From: Marispirochaeta sp.
Lineage (GTDB): Bacteria > Spirochaetota > Spirochaetia > JC444 > Marispirochaetaceae
NCBI GenBank assembly: GCA_963676835.2
Contig: CAXXFF010000004.1
Span: forward strand, 448,001 to 512,000
Length of the DNA: 64,000 nucleotides
Direction: 5' to 3'
Part shown: positions 39,533 to 47,720 of the stretch, piece after piece
Layout of the letters: the number at the start of each line of letters is the position of its first letter
Numbering within the stretch: the stretch's first letter is position 1
Notes under the pieces: generated by a model
What the model was told of the DNA's origin: nothing
The model's database searches: none
Seen by the model: the letters and a program-made list of their open reading frames with translations, nothing else
Translations under genes and position numbers: made by a program

Positions 39533-40237
39533 ATGCAGGCCAAGGTACTGGTAATAGAAGACGAACCGGAAATTGCTGAAATAATCTCCCTTTATCTTAC
39601 AAAGGAAGGAATTAATACAGTTTCCGCCGGTTCCGGAGAAGAAGGTCTCAGGTTGATTGCCGGAGGCGATATCGATCTGGTGATCCTCGATATAAATCTC
39701 CCGGGAATGGACGGCTACGAGGTGCTTCAGGCCCTGCGCAGGGATTATACCTTTCCTGTAATCATTGTATCCGCCCGGACAGACGATGCGGATATGATCC
39801 TGGGCTTCGGTTTCGGTGCCGACGACTTTGTACCGAAACCCTTCTCTCCCAAGGTACTTTCTGCCCGGGTGCGGGCCCATCTGCGCCGGCGCAATGTTTA
39901 CACCTCTGACCGTGAAGAGATTCGCATCGGAGAATACCGTCTGGATGCGGAAGCACGGATGCTGCGGAGAGTACGCAGCGAAGGTGCACCGGAAACCATG
40001 GCCTTGAGCCCCAAGGAGATTGAACTGCTCATCGACCTGGCAAAACACCGGGGAAGGGCCCGCAGCTCCGAAGAGCTCTATGAAACAGTCTGGGGAAACG
40101 AATTCGGCGATATTGCCACAGTTGCAGTACATATCCAGCGTCTCAGGCGCAAGATTGAAGAAGACCCCGCCAGCCCCAGGCTGGTACTCACATTGAAAGG
40201 CTTCGGCTATATGCTGGCACCGGAGGAAGGCGAATGA
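39533..40237 (+). CDS. OmpR/PhoB-family response regulator
   Basis: VIEDE, ILDINLPGMDG, GADDFVPKPFS, VHIQRLRRKIE, GFGY. Confidence 0.95.
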   Translation: MQAKVLVIEDEPEIAEIISLYLTKEGINTVSAGSGEEGLRLIAGGDIDLVILDINLPGMDGYEVLQALRRDYTFPVIIVSARTDDADMILGFGFGADDFVPKPFSPKVLSARVRAHLRRRNVYTSDREEIRIGEYRLDAEARMLRRVRSEGAPETMALSPKEIELLIDLAKHRGRARSSEELYETVWGNEFGDIATVAVHIQRLRRKIEEDPASPRLVLTLKGFGYMLAPEEGE

Positions 40238-41595
40238 CCCTGCGCAGCCGCTTCAACCTTCTCTTTCTTTTTGTTGCGCTGGTACCCCTTACCCTGCCGG
40301 TAATGGGTTATTTCTATTTCAAACTGTCAGCAGAAGAATCAGTGGTCCAGGAAATAACCGCCGCTCCCCCTTTTGTAACAAAAGACCTGCACCGGATTAT
40401 AGACGGCACCATCGCCCCGAAAGAGATTGAAGAACGGGTGCTGATTGTAATATACGGAAAGGACAATCCCGTATATGTGAGCCCCCGGGTCCAGCAGTTT
40501 ATGGAAAAGAACAACCTGGACAACTCCGAAATGGAGTTCCGCCACGGGGGGCTTGAGATACTTGAAGCCCTGAACCGCGACCAGAGACACATAACCATCG
40601 GCAATGCCCTGTTTACCTACAGAGGTACACCGGGACTCGTTTTTTTCAGCTTTGAACGGGAAAAACCACTGCTCTATATTCTGGGTGACCCCCTGACCAC
40701 CCTTACGGTAGTTTTTATATTTATTATTCTGATTCCCCTTCTGATAAGCGGCCGTTTTCTAATCTCACTGCGGCGCAGTTTGAGCAGTCTTGAAAAAGGA
40801 GCAGCAGAAATCAGCATGGGAAATCTGTCCAGGGAAGTGCCGGTTCCCAATGATCCGGAGCTGAAGCCGGTATTTGAAGCCTTTGAAGGGATGAGAAAAC
40901 GGCTCAAGGAAGACCAGCTCCAGCAGTCCAGGTTTATTATGTCCGTCTCCCACGACCTGAAAACACCCCTTACATCCATCCGGGGCTTTGTGGAAGCCAT
41001 GGAGGACGGTCTGGTAGACGATGCAGAACAGAGAAAACGTTACTACAGGGTTATCCGTGAAAAAACCGATCTTCTGGAAGAACGGATTACCGAGCTTATA
41101 GAGGTGACAAAAATATCCACCGAAGGCTGGCAGCGGGGCTTTACCTCCATCGGGGTAAAGGAGTTTCTTGAAGAACTGTTACAGCGCTACAGTCTGGAAG
41201 CGGAATCTCGCAAGGTTATGTTTAATTCTGCAATAGAACTATCAGACGAAATCTCCATAAAGGGAGACCGGAAAATGCTTACCCGGGCAGTGGAGAACCT
41301 GCTGGATAACGCCGTCCGCTACAGCGGAGAATCACCTGCAATCCGTGCCTATTCGGATATGCAGGAAGGAAAGCTCTGTATCCGTATCGAAGATTCCGGC
41401 CCCGGCATAAACCCGAATGATGCCCCCAACCTCTTCAAACCCTTTTACCGGGGAGACAAAGGCAGAAACAGCCGGGGCATCGGACTTGGCTTGAGCTCGG
41501 TAAAGGAGATTGCCGAGGCCCACGGCGGAACAGTAGGAATTGTGGAGAGCTCTCTGGGCGGAGCCGGAATAGAAATTATTCTGCCGGTGGAATAG
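40234..41595 (+). CDS. HAMP-domain sensor histidine kinase
   Basis: 2 TM helices, HAMP, VSHDLKTPLTSI, NLLDNAVRY, DSGPG, GLGLS. Confidence 0.95.
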   Translation: MTLRSRFNLLFLFVALVPLTLPVMGYFYFKLSAEESVVQEITAAPPFVTKDLHRIIDGTIAPKEIEERVLIVIYGKDNPVYVSPRVQQFMEKNNLDNSEMEFRHGGLEILEALNRDQRHITIGNALFTYRGTPGLVFFSFEREKPLLYILGDPLTTLTVVFIFIILIPLLISGRFLISLRRSLSSLEKGAAEISMGNLSREVPVPNDPELKPVFEAFEGMRKRLKEDQLQQSRFIMSVSHDLKTPLTSIRGFVEAMEDGLVDDAEQRKRYYRVIREKTDLLEERITELIEVTKISTEGWQRGFTSIGVKEFLEELLQRYSLEAESRKVMFNSAIELSDEISIKGDRKMLTRAVENLLDNAVRYSGESPAIRAYSDMQEGKLCIRIEDSGPGINPNDAPNLFKPFYRGDKGRNSRGIGLGLSSVKEIAEAHGGTVGIVESSLGGAGIEIILPVE

Positions 41596-41669
41596 AAGAG
41601 CGGGTTCTATTTCCTTTCTGATGCCGCTTATCCTCTCTGCACCTGCTGCAATGGATAGACCGCCGATGT

Positions 41670-42584
41670 TCAGTTGCGGCTGAACCGGTAAATAGTTTCA
41701 TTCCCCCCGTTATAGTCCGCAACCCACAGTGAGTCACCGTAAACCGCCAGGCCAAGGGCGGATGAGAAACTGCCGAAGGACCCCTTGTAATTTCCGGATG
41801 TATCAAAGACTGAGATACAGGTATAGCCGTCTATAACCAGGATTTCATCATGGGAGTTAATTGCCAGATCATGTGGCGATGACAGGATACTGCCTCCGAA
41901 AGAAACTCCCACTGCGGACAGGGAAGAATACTTTCGTACGTCACCATCCCAGGAATAGGCGACATATAAATTGCCAGAAGAATCCAGTGCCAATGCATTG
42001 CCGCAGTCATTGGAAACGGGAAAGGTACGGGAATCGTAGGGCGATCCATCCAGATCGGTCTTTTCCAGCCGATGGCTGGCGGTTGAACCAAACCAGAGAA
42101 AATAGTGGGAACTCGAATTCGAAGCCAGAGCATACGCCAGGAGAGGATCCGAACTGCGGGACTCAATTACAGTTTCAGCACTTACATATGAGACAACATT
42201 TTTCCTTACAAAACGGTGGTTGTTTTTATCTGCAATATAGAGATCACCACCTACCAGGGTAACAGCTGTCGGCTGATCCGGTTTGGTAACGAACCAGTTA
42301 GTGAAATCCGCGATACTGGTTCCGTCATGAGCATAACGATAGATCGGGTCCGGATCGAGACCCGTCGAAATTCCGGCGAAGACAACATAGCTGCTGTCAG
42401 CAGCCAAAGACATACCCCCGGAGTAATCATAGGAGGCGGCATTGTTGACAGTCCAATCGCCAACAAGGGAGTACAGATTGTTTGTGTAGTGGGATGAAGA
42501 ACTCCCTGCACCGCCGCCTCCGCAGGACACAGCTAAAAGTACTGTTAGCAAAAACAGAATAAACAGGTGAGGTTTGTGTTTCAT
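41670..42584 (-). CDS. Lipoprotein with NHL/beta-propeller repeats
   Basis: Lipobox LAVSC; repeats LYIAD, LALDSSGNLYVA, PHDLAIN, LWVAD. Confidence 0.8.
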   Translation of the reverse strand: MKHKPHLFILFLLTVLLAVSCGGGGAGSSSSHYTNNLYSLVGDWTVNNAASYDYSGGMSLAADSSYVVFAGISTGLDPDPIYRYAHDGTSIADFTNWFVTKPDQPTAVTLVGGDLYIADKNNHRFVRKNVVSYVSAETVIESRSSDPLLAYALASNSSSHYFLWFGSTASHRLEKTDLDGSPYDSRTFPVSNDCGNALALDSSGNLYVAYSWDGDVRKYSSLSAVGVSFGGSILSSPHDLAINSHDEILVIDGYTCISVFDTSGNYKGSFGSFSSALGLAVYGDSLWVADYNGGNETIYRFSRN

Positions 42585-42808
42585 GTTTTTCTCCTTATGG
42601 AATCCCGGAAGGAAGCATAATCAGGAGACAGGGTTTTCCGGTTTTTTATTAAACTTGGATGCAAATATATCCCCGGGAAAATCAAATTTCAGGATTTCGG
42701 ATAGGAAATCTACCTGCCGAACGGGAGTATACAGAAAAATCGGAAGGTACCTGCTGGAAACCGTCTGAAGCTATGGTAGTAGTCCCCCGCTATTATTCAG
42801 CTGCATCT

Positions 42809-42857
42809 CCCCCTCACCCCGGACTTCTCCATTTTTATACAAGAGGGGAGAGGGAGA
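42809..42857. repeat. BoxC-like pyrimidine/purine palindromic repeat, copy 1
   Basis: CCCCCTCACCCCGGACTTCTCC...GGGGAGAGGGAG, matching 58289-58324. Confidence 0.7.
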
Positions 42858-42878
42858 TAGACAGTTCGAGCTTTCCAC

Positions 42879-43011
42879 GTCGATGCGCCAGGGGCACGGA
42901 GGGCCCTGCACCAATCCAGTACCCGGGATTGGTGCAGGGGTGCGGAGCACGGAACCCCGGAGTCGACCCGGCCCGGCACCTATTTTACCCAAGAGTAAAA
43001 TAGGTGCCGGG
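42879..43011. repeat. GC-rich multi-hairpin element upstream of nifJ
   Basis: 14-bp stem CCCTGCACCAATCC/GGATTGGTGCAGGG (42904-42939) and 17-bp stem CCCGGCACCTATTTTAC/GTAAAATAGGTGCCGGG (42972-43011). Confidence 0.7.
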
Positions 43012-43146
43012 GGCGCCCGAAATATGAGAAAACAGTAAGAAATTATCGACTTTTTGGTCTTACCAATCTGGCTTAGCCTTGAAGATAAAAGGTCTTTCCT
43101 CTATAATCGTTGCTGTTACAAATCCCACATATAAAGGATAGCTATA

Positions 43147-46100
43147 ATGCCTGAGAAGAAAATGGTTACCATTGACGGTAATGCGGCAGCAGCCCATGTT
43201 GCCTACGCCTTCAGTGAAGTAGCTGCAATTTTCCCCATAACTCCCTCATCACCCATGGGTGAGTATGCTGACGCCTGGGCCAGCCAGAACAGAGAAAACG
43301 TATTCGGCAAGAAAGTCGATGTACTGGAAATGCAGTCTGAGGCCGGTGCTGCCGGTGCCGTTCACGGTGCTCTTTCCGGTGGTGCTCTGACCACAACTTT
43401 TACCGCATCCCAGGGACTCCTTCTGATGGTCCCCAACATGTTCAAGATTGCCGGAGAAATGATTCCGACAGTTTTCCATGTTTCCGCACGGTCTCTTGCG
43501 GCTCAGTCCCTGTCAATTTTCGGTGACCACTCAGACGTTATGTCCTGTCTGAACACCGGTTTTGCCATGACCGCTGCTTCCTCCATTCAGGAAACCATGG
43601 ACATGGCCGTTGTTGCCCACCTGGCAACCCTGAAGACCCAGGTTCCTTTCCTGGCTTTCTTCGACGGTTTCAGAACTTCTCACGAAATCCAGAAGGTTGA
43701 AGAGATCTCTTACGATACCATCAAAGAGATGATCGACCCCAAATACATCGAGCGCTTCCGCGACCGGGGTATGCGTCCTGAAAAACCTGTTGTCAAGGTT
43801 GCTGCACAGAACCCGGATGTTTACTTCCAGGGCCGTGAAACCACCAACAACATTTACGATTCCATTCCTGAAGTTGTTCAGGAGTACATGGACCTCCTTG
43901 CTTCCAAGGTCGGCCGCCAGTACCACCTGTTTGACTATGTCGGTGCACCCGATGCAGAGAAGGTAATCATCATCATGGGTTCTGCCTGTGACACCACTGA
44001 GCAGACTGTAAACTACCTCGTCGGCAAGGGCGAAAAAGTCGGTGTGATCAAGGTTCGTCTCTACAGACCTTTCTCTGCCAAGGCTTTTGTTGATGCACTT
44101 CCTGCAAGTGTTAAAAAGATTGCCGTTATGGACAGAACCAAAGAGCCCGGATCACTCGGTGAGCCCCTCTACAAAGACGTTGTTACTGTTCTTAACGGAA
44201 AGGGAATTGAAATCATCGGCGGCCGCTACGGTCTCTCCTCCAAAGAGTTCAACCCCTCACACGTAAAAGCAATCTTCGATCACCTCGACGGTGCTGCCTT
44301 CCACGGCTTTACCGTAGGTATCAACGACGATGTTTCCAAGAAATCCATCGAAGTAAAAGAGATCATTGACGTTTCTGCTTCTGATATTTTCAGCGGTATG
44401 TTCTGGGGTCTCGGTTCTGACGGTACTGTAGGTGCCAACAAGAACTCCATCAAGATCATCGGTGACAACACCGACATGAACGCTCAGGCATACTTTGTAT
44501 ACGACTCAAAGAAGTCCGGCGGTGTTACCACTTCTCACCTGCGTTTCGGTAAGTCCTCGGTAAACATGCCCTGGCTTATTGATCAGGCTGACTTCGTTGC
44601 ATGTTCAAACCCTGCCTACATCGGCCGTTATGACATGCTCGGACCTATCAAAGAAGGCGGAGTATTCCTGCTGAACACCGAAGTTCCCGAGGATGAGATC
44701 TTCAACAGCCTTACCAAGGAAGAGCAGCAGATTATCATCGACCGCAAGGTAAAGTTCTACGCCATGAACGCCTACAAGGTGGCTGAAGATGTTGGTCTCG
44801 GCAACAGAACCAACACTGTTATGCAGGCTGCTTTCTTCAAGATTTCCGGTGTTCTCCCCGAGGCACAGGCAATTGAGCTCCTTAAAGGCGCTATCAAGAA
44901 AACCTTCAGCAGAAAGGGTGAAGACATTGTTAAGATGAACTGGGAAGCTGTAGACAAGTCTGCCGCTGCACTGATCGAGGTTAAGGTTCCCTCCTCCATC
45001 ACCAAGTCCTATGTTCCCGAGTCTCTTATTCCTGCTGATGCAGATGATTTCACCAAAAACATCATTGAGAAATCAATGCTGATGAAGGGTGACGATATCC
45101 CCGTTTCTCACATGAGCTTCGACGGTGTGCTTCCCACCGGAACCACCAAGCTGGAAAAACGCGGTGTTGCACCCCGTGTACCCCAGTGGCAGCCCGACAA
45201 CTGTATTCAGTGTAACCAGTGTGTACAGTCCTGTCCCCACGCTGCTATCCGGGCAAAACAGATTAAACCCGAAGATCTTTCCGGTGCACCCGAAACCTTC
45301 AAGACCGTTAAGTACAAGGCATCCAAGACCATGGAGCTCGAGTACAAGGTTCAGGTTTACACTGACGACTGTCAGGGATGTGGAGTTTGTATCGAAACCT
45401 GTCCTGCAAAGGATAAGGCCCTTGTATTCTCCACCCTTGATAAAGAAAGAGCCCTTGGCGAGCACGAGAACGAGAAGTTCTTCGAGCCCCTCCCCTACGG
45501 TGCTCTCGACGGTTCTTCCGAAGAGAACATGAAGGGAATGCAGTTCAGACGGCCTCTGTTTGAGTTCTCCGGTGCTTGTGCCGGTTGTGGTGAAACTCCC
45601 TACGTTAAGCTGGTAACCCAGATCTGCGGACAGAACATTCTTGCAGCAAATGCAACCGGTTGTTCTTCCATCTACGGCGGAACATTCCCCACAATTCCCT
45701 ACACCAAGAACGAGCAGGGACGCGGACCCGCATGGGGTAACTCACTCTTCGAAGACAATGCCGAGTACGGTTTCGGTATGAGACTTGCTGTTGATTCCAA
45801 CAGAACTCTTCTGAAGAACAAGGTAGACACTCTTCTGTCTGCGGGAACTACTCCCGAACTGACCAGCGCCCTTAAAGCCGCTCTTGAGCTGTGGGACGAC
45901 AAGAGTCAGAAAGCAATCGACGCTCAGGATGCTGTTAAGGCTGCTCTTCCCAAAGACGCTGCAGGCAACGAAACCCTGGCCAAGATTATTGAGCTTCAGG
46001 ACTACTTTGTAGACAAGTCTGTATGGATCATCGGTGGTGACGGATGGGCATATGACATCGGCTTCGGCGGTGTTGACCACGTACTTGCTGCCGGCAAGAA

Positions 46101-46653
46101 CGTCAACATCCTGGTTCTCGACACCGAGGTTTACTCAAACACCGGTGGACAGGCATCAAAAGCTACACCTATCGGTGCGGTTGCCAAGTTTGCCAATGCC
46201 GGTATGAGACTGGGTAAAAAGAACATGAGCCTCATGGCCATGAGCTACGGTTACGTTTATGTTGCATCCATTGCACTTGGTTCCAACAGAAACCACGCTC
46301 AGAAAGCCATTATGGAAGCTGAAGCATACGATGGACCTTCCATCATCTTCGCTTACGCTCCCTGTATTGCCCACGGTATCGATATGATGAAAACCCAGGT
46401 TGAGCAGAAAAGAGCCGTTGACTGCGGTTACTGGCCTCTGTACCGCTACAACCCCACAATGGAAGAAGGTTCCAAGTTCAGCTGGGACTGCAAAGAACCC
46501 ACAGAAAGCTACCAGGACTTCATCCGGAGTGAGAGACGCTACACTGCACTGCTCAAGACTGCACCGGACGAAGCGGAAGCACTCTTTGCACAGGCGGAAG
46601 AAGACGCCAAGCACCGGTGGAGTTTCTTCAAGAAGATGGGCGATATCATGTAA
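43147..46653 (+). CDS. nifJ: Pyruvate:ferredoxin/flavodoxin oxidoreductase
   Basis: IFPITPSSPMGE, EMQSEAGAAG, WGLGSDGTVGANKN, two CxxCxxCxxxCP motifs, FSGACAGCGETPY, GGDGWAYDIG. Confidence 0.98.
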   Translation: MPEKKMVTIDGNAAAAHVAYAFSEVAAIFPITPSSPMGEYADAWASQNRENVFGKKVDVLEMQSEAGAAGAVHGALSGGALTTTFTASQGLLLMVPNMFKIAGEMIPTVFHVSARSLAAQSLSIFGDHSDVMSCLNTGFAMTAASSIQETMDMAVVAHLATLKTQVPFLAFFDGFRTSHEIQKVEEISYDTIKEMIDPKYIERFRDRGMRPEKPVVKVAAQNPDVYFQGRETTNNIYDSIPEVVQEYMDLLASKVGRQYHLFDYVGAPDAEKVIIIMGSACDTTEQTVNYLVGKGEKVGVIKVRLYRPFSAKAFVDALPASVKKIAVMDRTKEPGSLGEPLYKDVVTVLNGKGIEIIGGRYGLSSKEFNPSHVKAIFDHLDGAAFHGFTVGINDDVSKKSIEVKEIIDVSASDIFSGMFWGLGSDGTVGANKNSIKIIGDNTDMNAQAYFVYDSKKSGGVTTSHLRFGKSSVNMPWLIDQADFVACSNPAYIGRYDMLGPIKEGGVFLLNTEVPEDEIFNSLTKEEQQIIIDRKVKFYAMNAYKVAEDVGLGNRTNTVMQAAFFKISGVLPEAQAIELLKGAIKKTFSRKGEDIVKMNWEAVDKSAAALIEVKVPSSITKSYVPESLIPADADDFTKNIIEKSMLMKGDDIPVSHMSFDGVLPTGTTKLEKRGVAPRVPQWQPDNCIQCNQCVQSCPHAAIRAKQIKPEDLSGAPETFKTVKYKASKTMELEYKVQVYTDDCQGCGVCIETCPAKDKALVFSTLDKERALGEHENEKFFEPLPYGALDGSSEENMKGMQFRRPLFEFSGACAGCGETPYVKLVTQICGQNILAANATGCSSIYGGTFPTIPYTKNEQGRGPAWGNSLFEDNAEYGFGMRLAVDSNRTLLKNKVDTLLSAGTTPELTSALKAALELWDDKSQKAIDAQDAVKAALPKDAAGNETLAKIIELQDYFVDKSVWIIGGDGWAYDIGFGGVDHVLAAGKNVNILVLDTEVYSNTGGQASKATPIGAVAKFANAGMRLGKKNMSLMAMSYGYVYVASIALGSNRNHAQKAIMEAEAYDGPSIIFAYAPCIAHGIDMMKTQVEQKRAVDCGYWPLYRYNPTMEEGSKFSWDCKEPTESYQDFIRSERRYTALLKTAPDEAEALFAQAEEDAKHRWSFFKKMGDIM

Positions 46654-46689
46654 TCACCTGCCCTGCGGCAGTTTTTATGTACCATTTAC

Positions 46690-46719
46690 GGCCCCCCGCT
46701 TTTGCGGGGGGTCTTTTTT
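46690..46719 (+). terminator. Rho-independent terminator of nifJ
   Basis: GGCCCCCCGC-tttt-GCGGGGGGTC followed by TTTTTT. Confidence 0.9.
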
Positions 46720-46730
46720 ATTGTCTTTTC

Positions 46731-46806
46731 TGCGACCACTGCCCCCTCGCCTTCTCCTGTCATAAAGAAAGAAGAGGGGGCTTGGGGGTGAGGGTTGGAA
46801 GAGAAG
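46731..46806. repeat. BoxC-like repeat, copy 2
   Basis: TGCGACCACTGCCCCCTCGCC...AGAGGGGGCTTGGGGGTGAGGG, nearly identical at both ends to 58340-58389. Confidence 0.75.
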
Positions 46807-46835
46807 ACATAGCACCGCACCACAACACCTTACCA

Positions 46836-46864
46836 TTGACATCAAAGCATCAAACTACTAAATT
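46836..46864 (+). promoter_or_regulatory. vapBC promoter (TTGACA-17-TAAATT) with a CATCAAA direct repeat; probably leaderless
   Basis: -10 hexamer ends 6 nt before the ATG at 46871; CATCAAA-g-CATCAAA overlaps the -35 and spacer. Confidence 0.7.
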
Positions 46865-46870
46865 TGAAAC

Positions 46871-47116
46871 ATGAGAACCACCTTGACCATCGAAAACGAC
46901 GTTGCCGTCCGCATCGAAAACCTTATACGGGAACGCAGACAGCCCAGGAAAGAGCTGATCAACGATCTGCTTCGTCTCGGGCTGGATCAGATTGCCCGGA
47001 AACCGGAGAAAAGGCTTTTCACAACTGAGGGACAGGCCCTGGGAAAATGCCGATACGACAGAATCGATGATATTTCTGAGGTTCTCGCGGTTGCCGAAGG
47101 TGATGACTTCAAATGA
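46871..47116 (+). CDS. vapB: Type II antitoxin, VapB (ribbon-helix-helix)
   Basis: MRTTLTIENDV, ELINDLLRLGL, acidic tail; ATGA overlap with a PIN gene. Confidence 0.88.
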   Translation: MRTTLTIENDVAVRIENLIRERRQPRKELINDLLRLGLDQIARKPEKRLFTTEGQALGKCRYDRIDDISEVLAVAEGDDFK

Positions 47117-47547
47117 GGCTTTGTGATGCCAATATACTCATTTACGCTTTCGATACAAGCTCACCACACCATAAAAGATGCAAGATGTGGCTGGATGGAC
47201 ACCTGAACGGAATGCAGAAGATTGGATTTCCCTGGCCAAGCCTGTTAGCCTTTGTAAGAATTGTAACCAATCCCCGGATTTACGAGTTCCCGGCTTCGAT
47301 ACCTGAGGCCTGGAACCAGGTTGAAGCATGGCTTGGAAACGAAACCGCTTTTATTCCCCAGCCATCAAGAAATCATTCCGGTTTTATGAAGAAAATACTT
47401 CAGGCTACTCAGTTAAAATCCAACGACCTTCCCGATGCCCATCTTGCAGCACTGGCAATTGAACACGGGCTGATTCTCTGCTCAACGGACTCGGACTTTT
47501 CGCGGTATAAGGATATCAAGTGGGAGAATCCGCTGGACCAGGTCTAA
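47113..47547 (+). CDS. vapC: Type II toxin, VapC PIN-domain ribonuclease
   Basis: DANILIYA, FVRIVTNPR, DAHLAALAIEHG, STDSDF, W.NPL. Confidence 0.92.
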   Translation: MRLCDANILIYAFDTSSPHHKRCKMWLDGHLNGMQKIGFPWPSLLAFVRIVTNPRIYEFPASIPEAWNQVEAWLGNETAFIPQPSRNHSGFMKKILQATQLKSNDLPDAHLAALAIEHGLILCSTDSDFSRYKDIKWENPLDQV

Positions 47548-47720
47548 CAGCTAATATACCCTAGCAACGGGGTACACTGAGCAGCCCAGGCAACTGAACA
47601 ACTCCGCACCTCTCAGAACTCTGCAGTCTCCGTGAGAGATTTTCCGACATTTCCACCAGAAACAAGCACTAAAAAAACTATACTCTCCTATTCCGTACTT
47701 TCATGATATTCTGTTAGCCT

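Noticed and set aside
42809..43011. Possible tRNA, riboswitch or CRISPR repeat
   Set aside because: No T-loop, anticodon arm or CCA, no riboswitch consensus that I recognise, no regular repeat-spacer period and no cas genes
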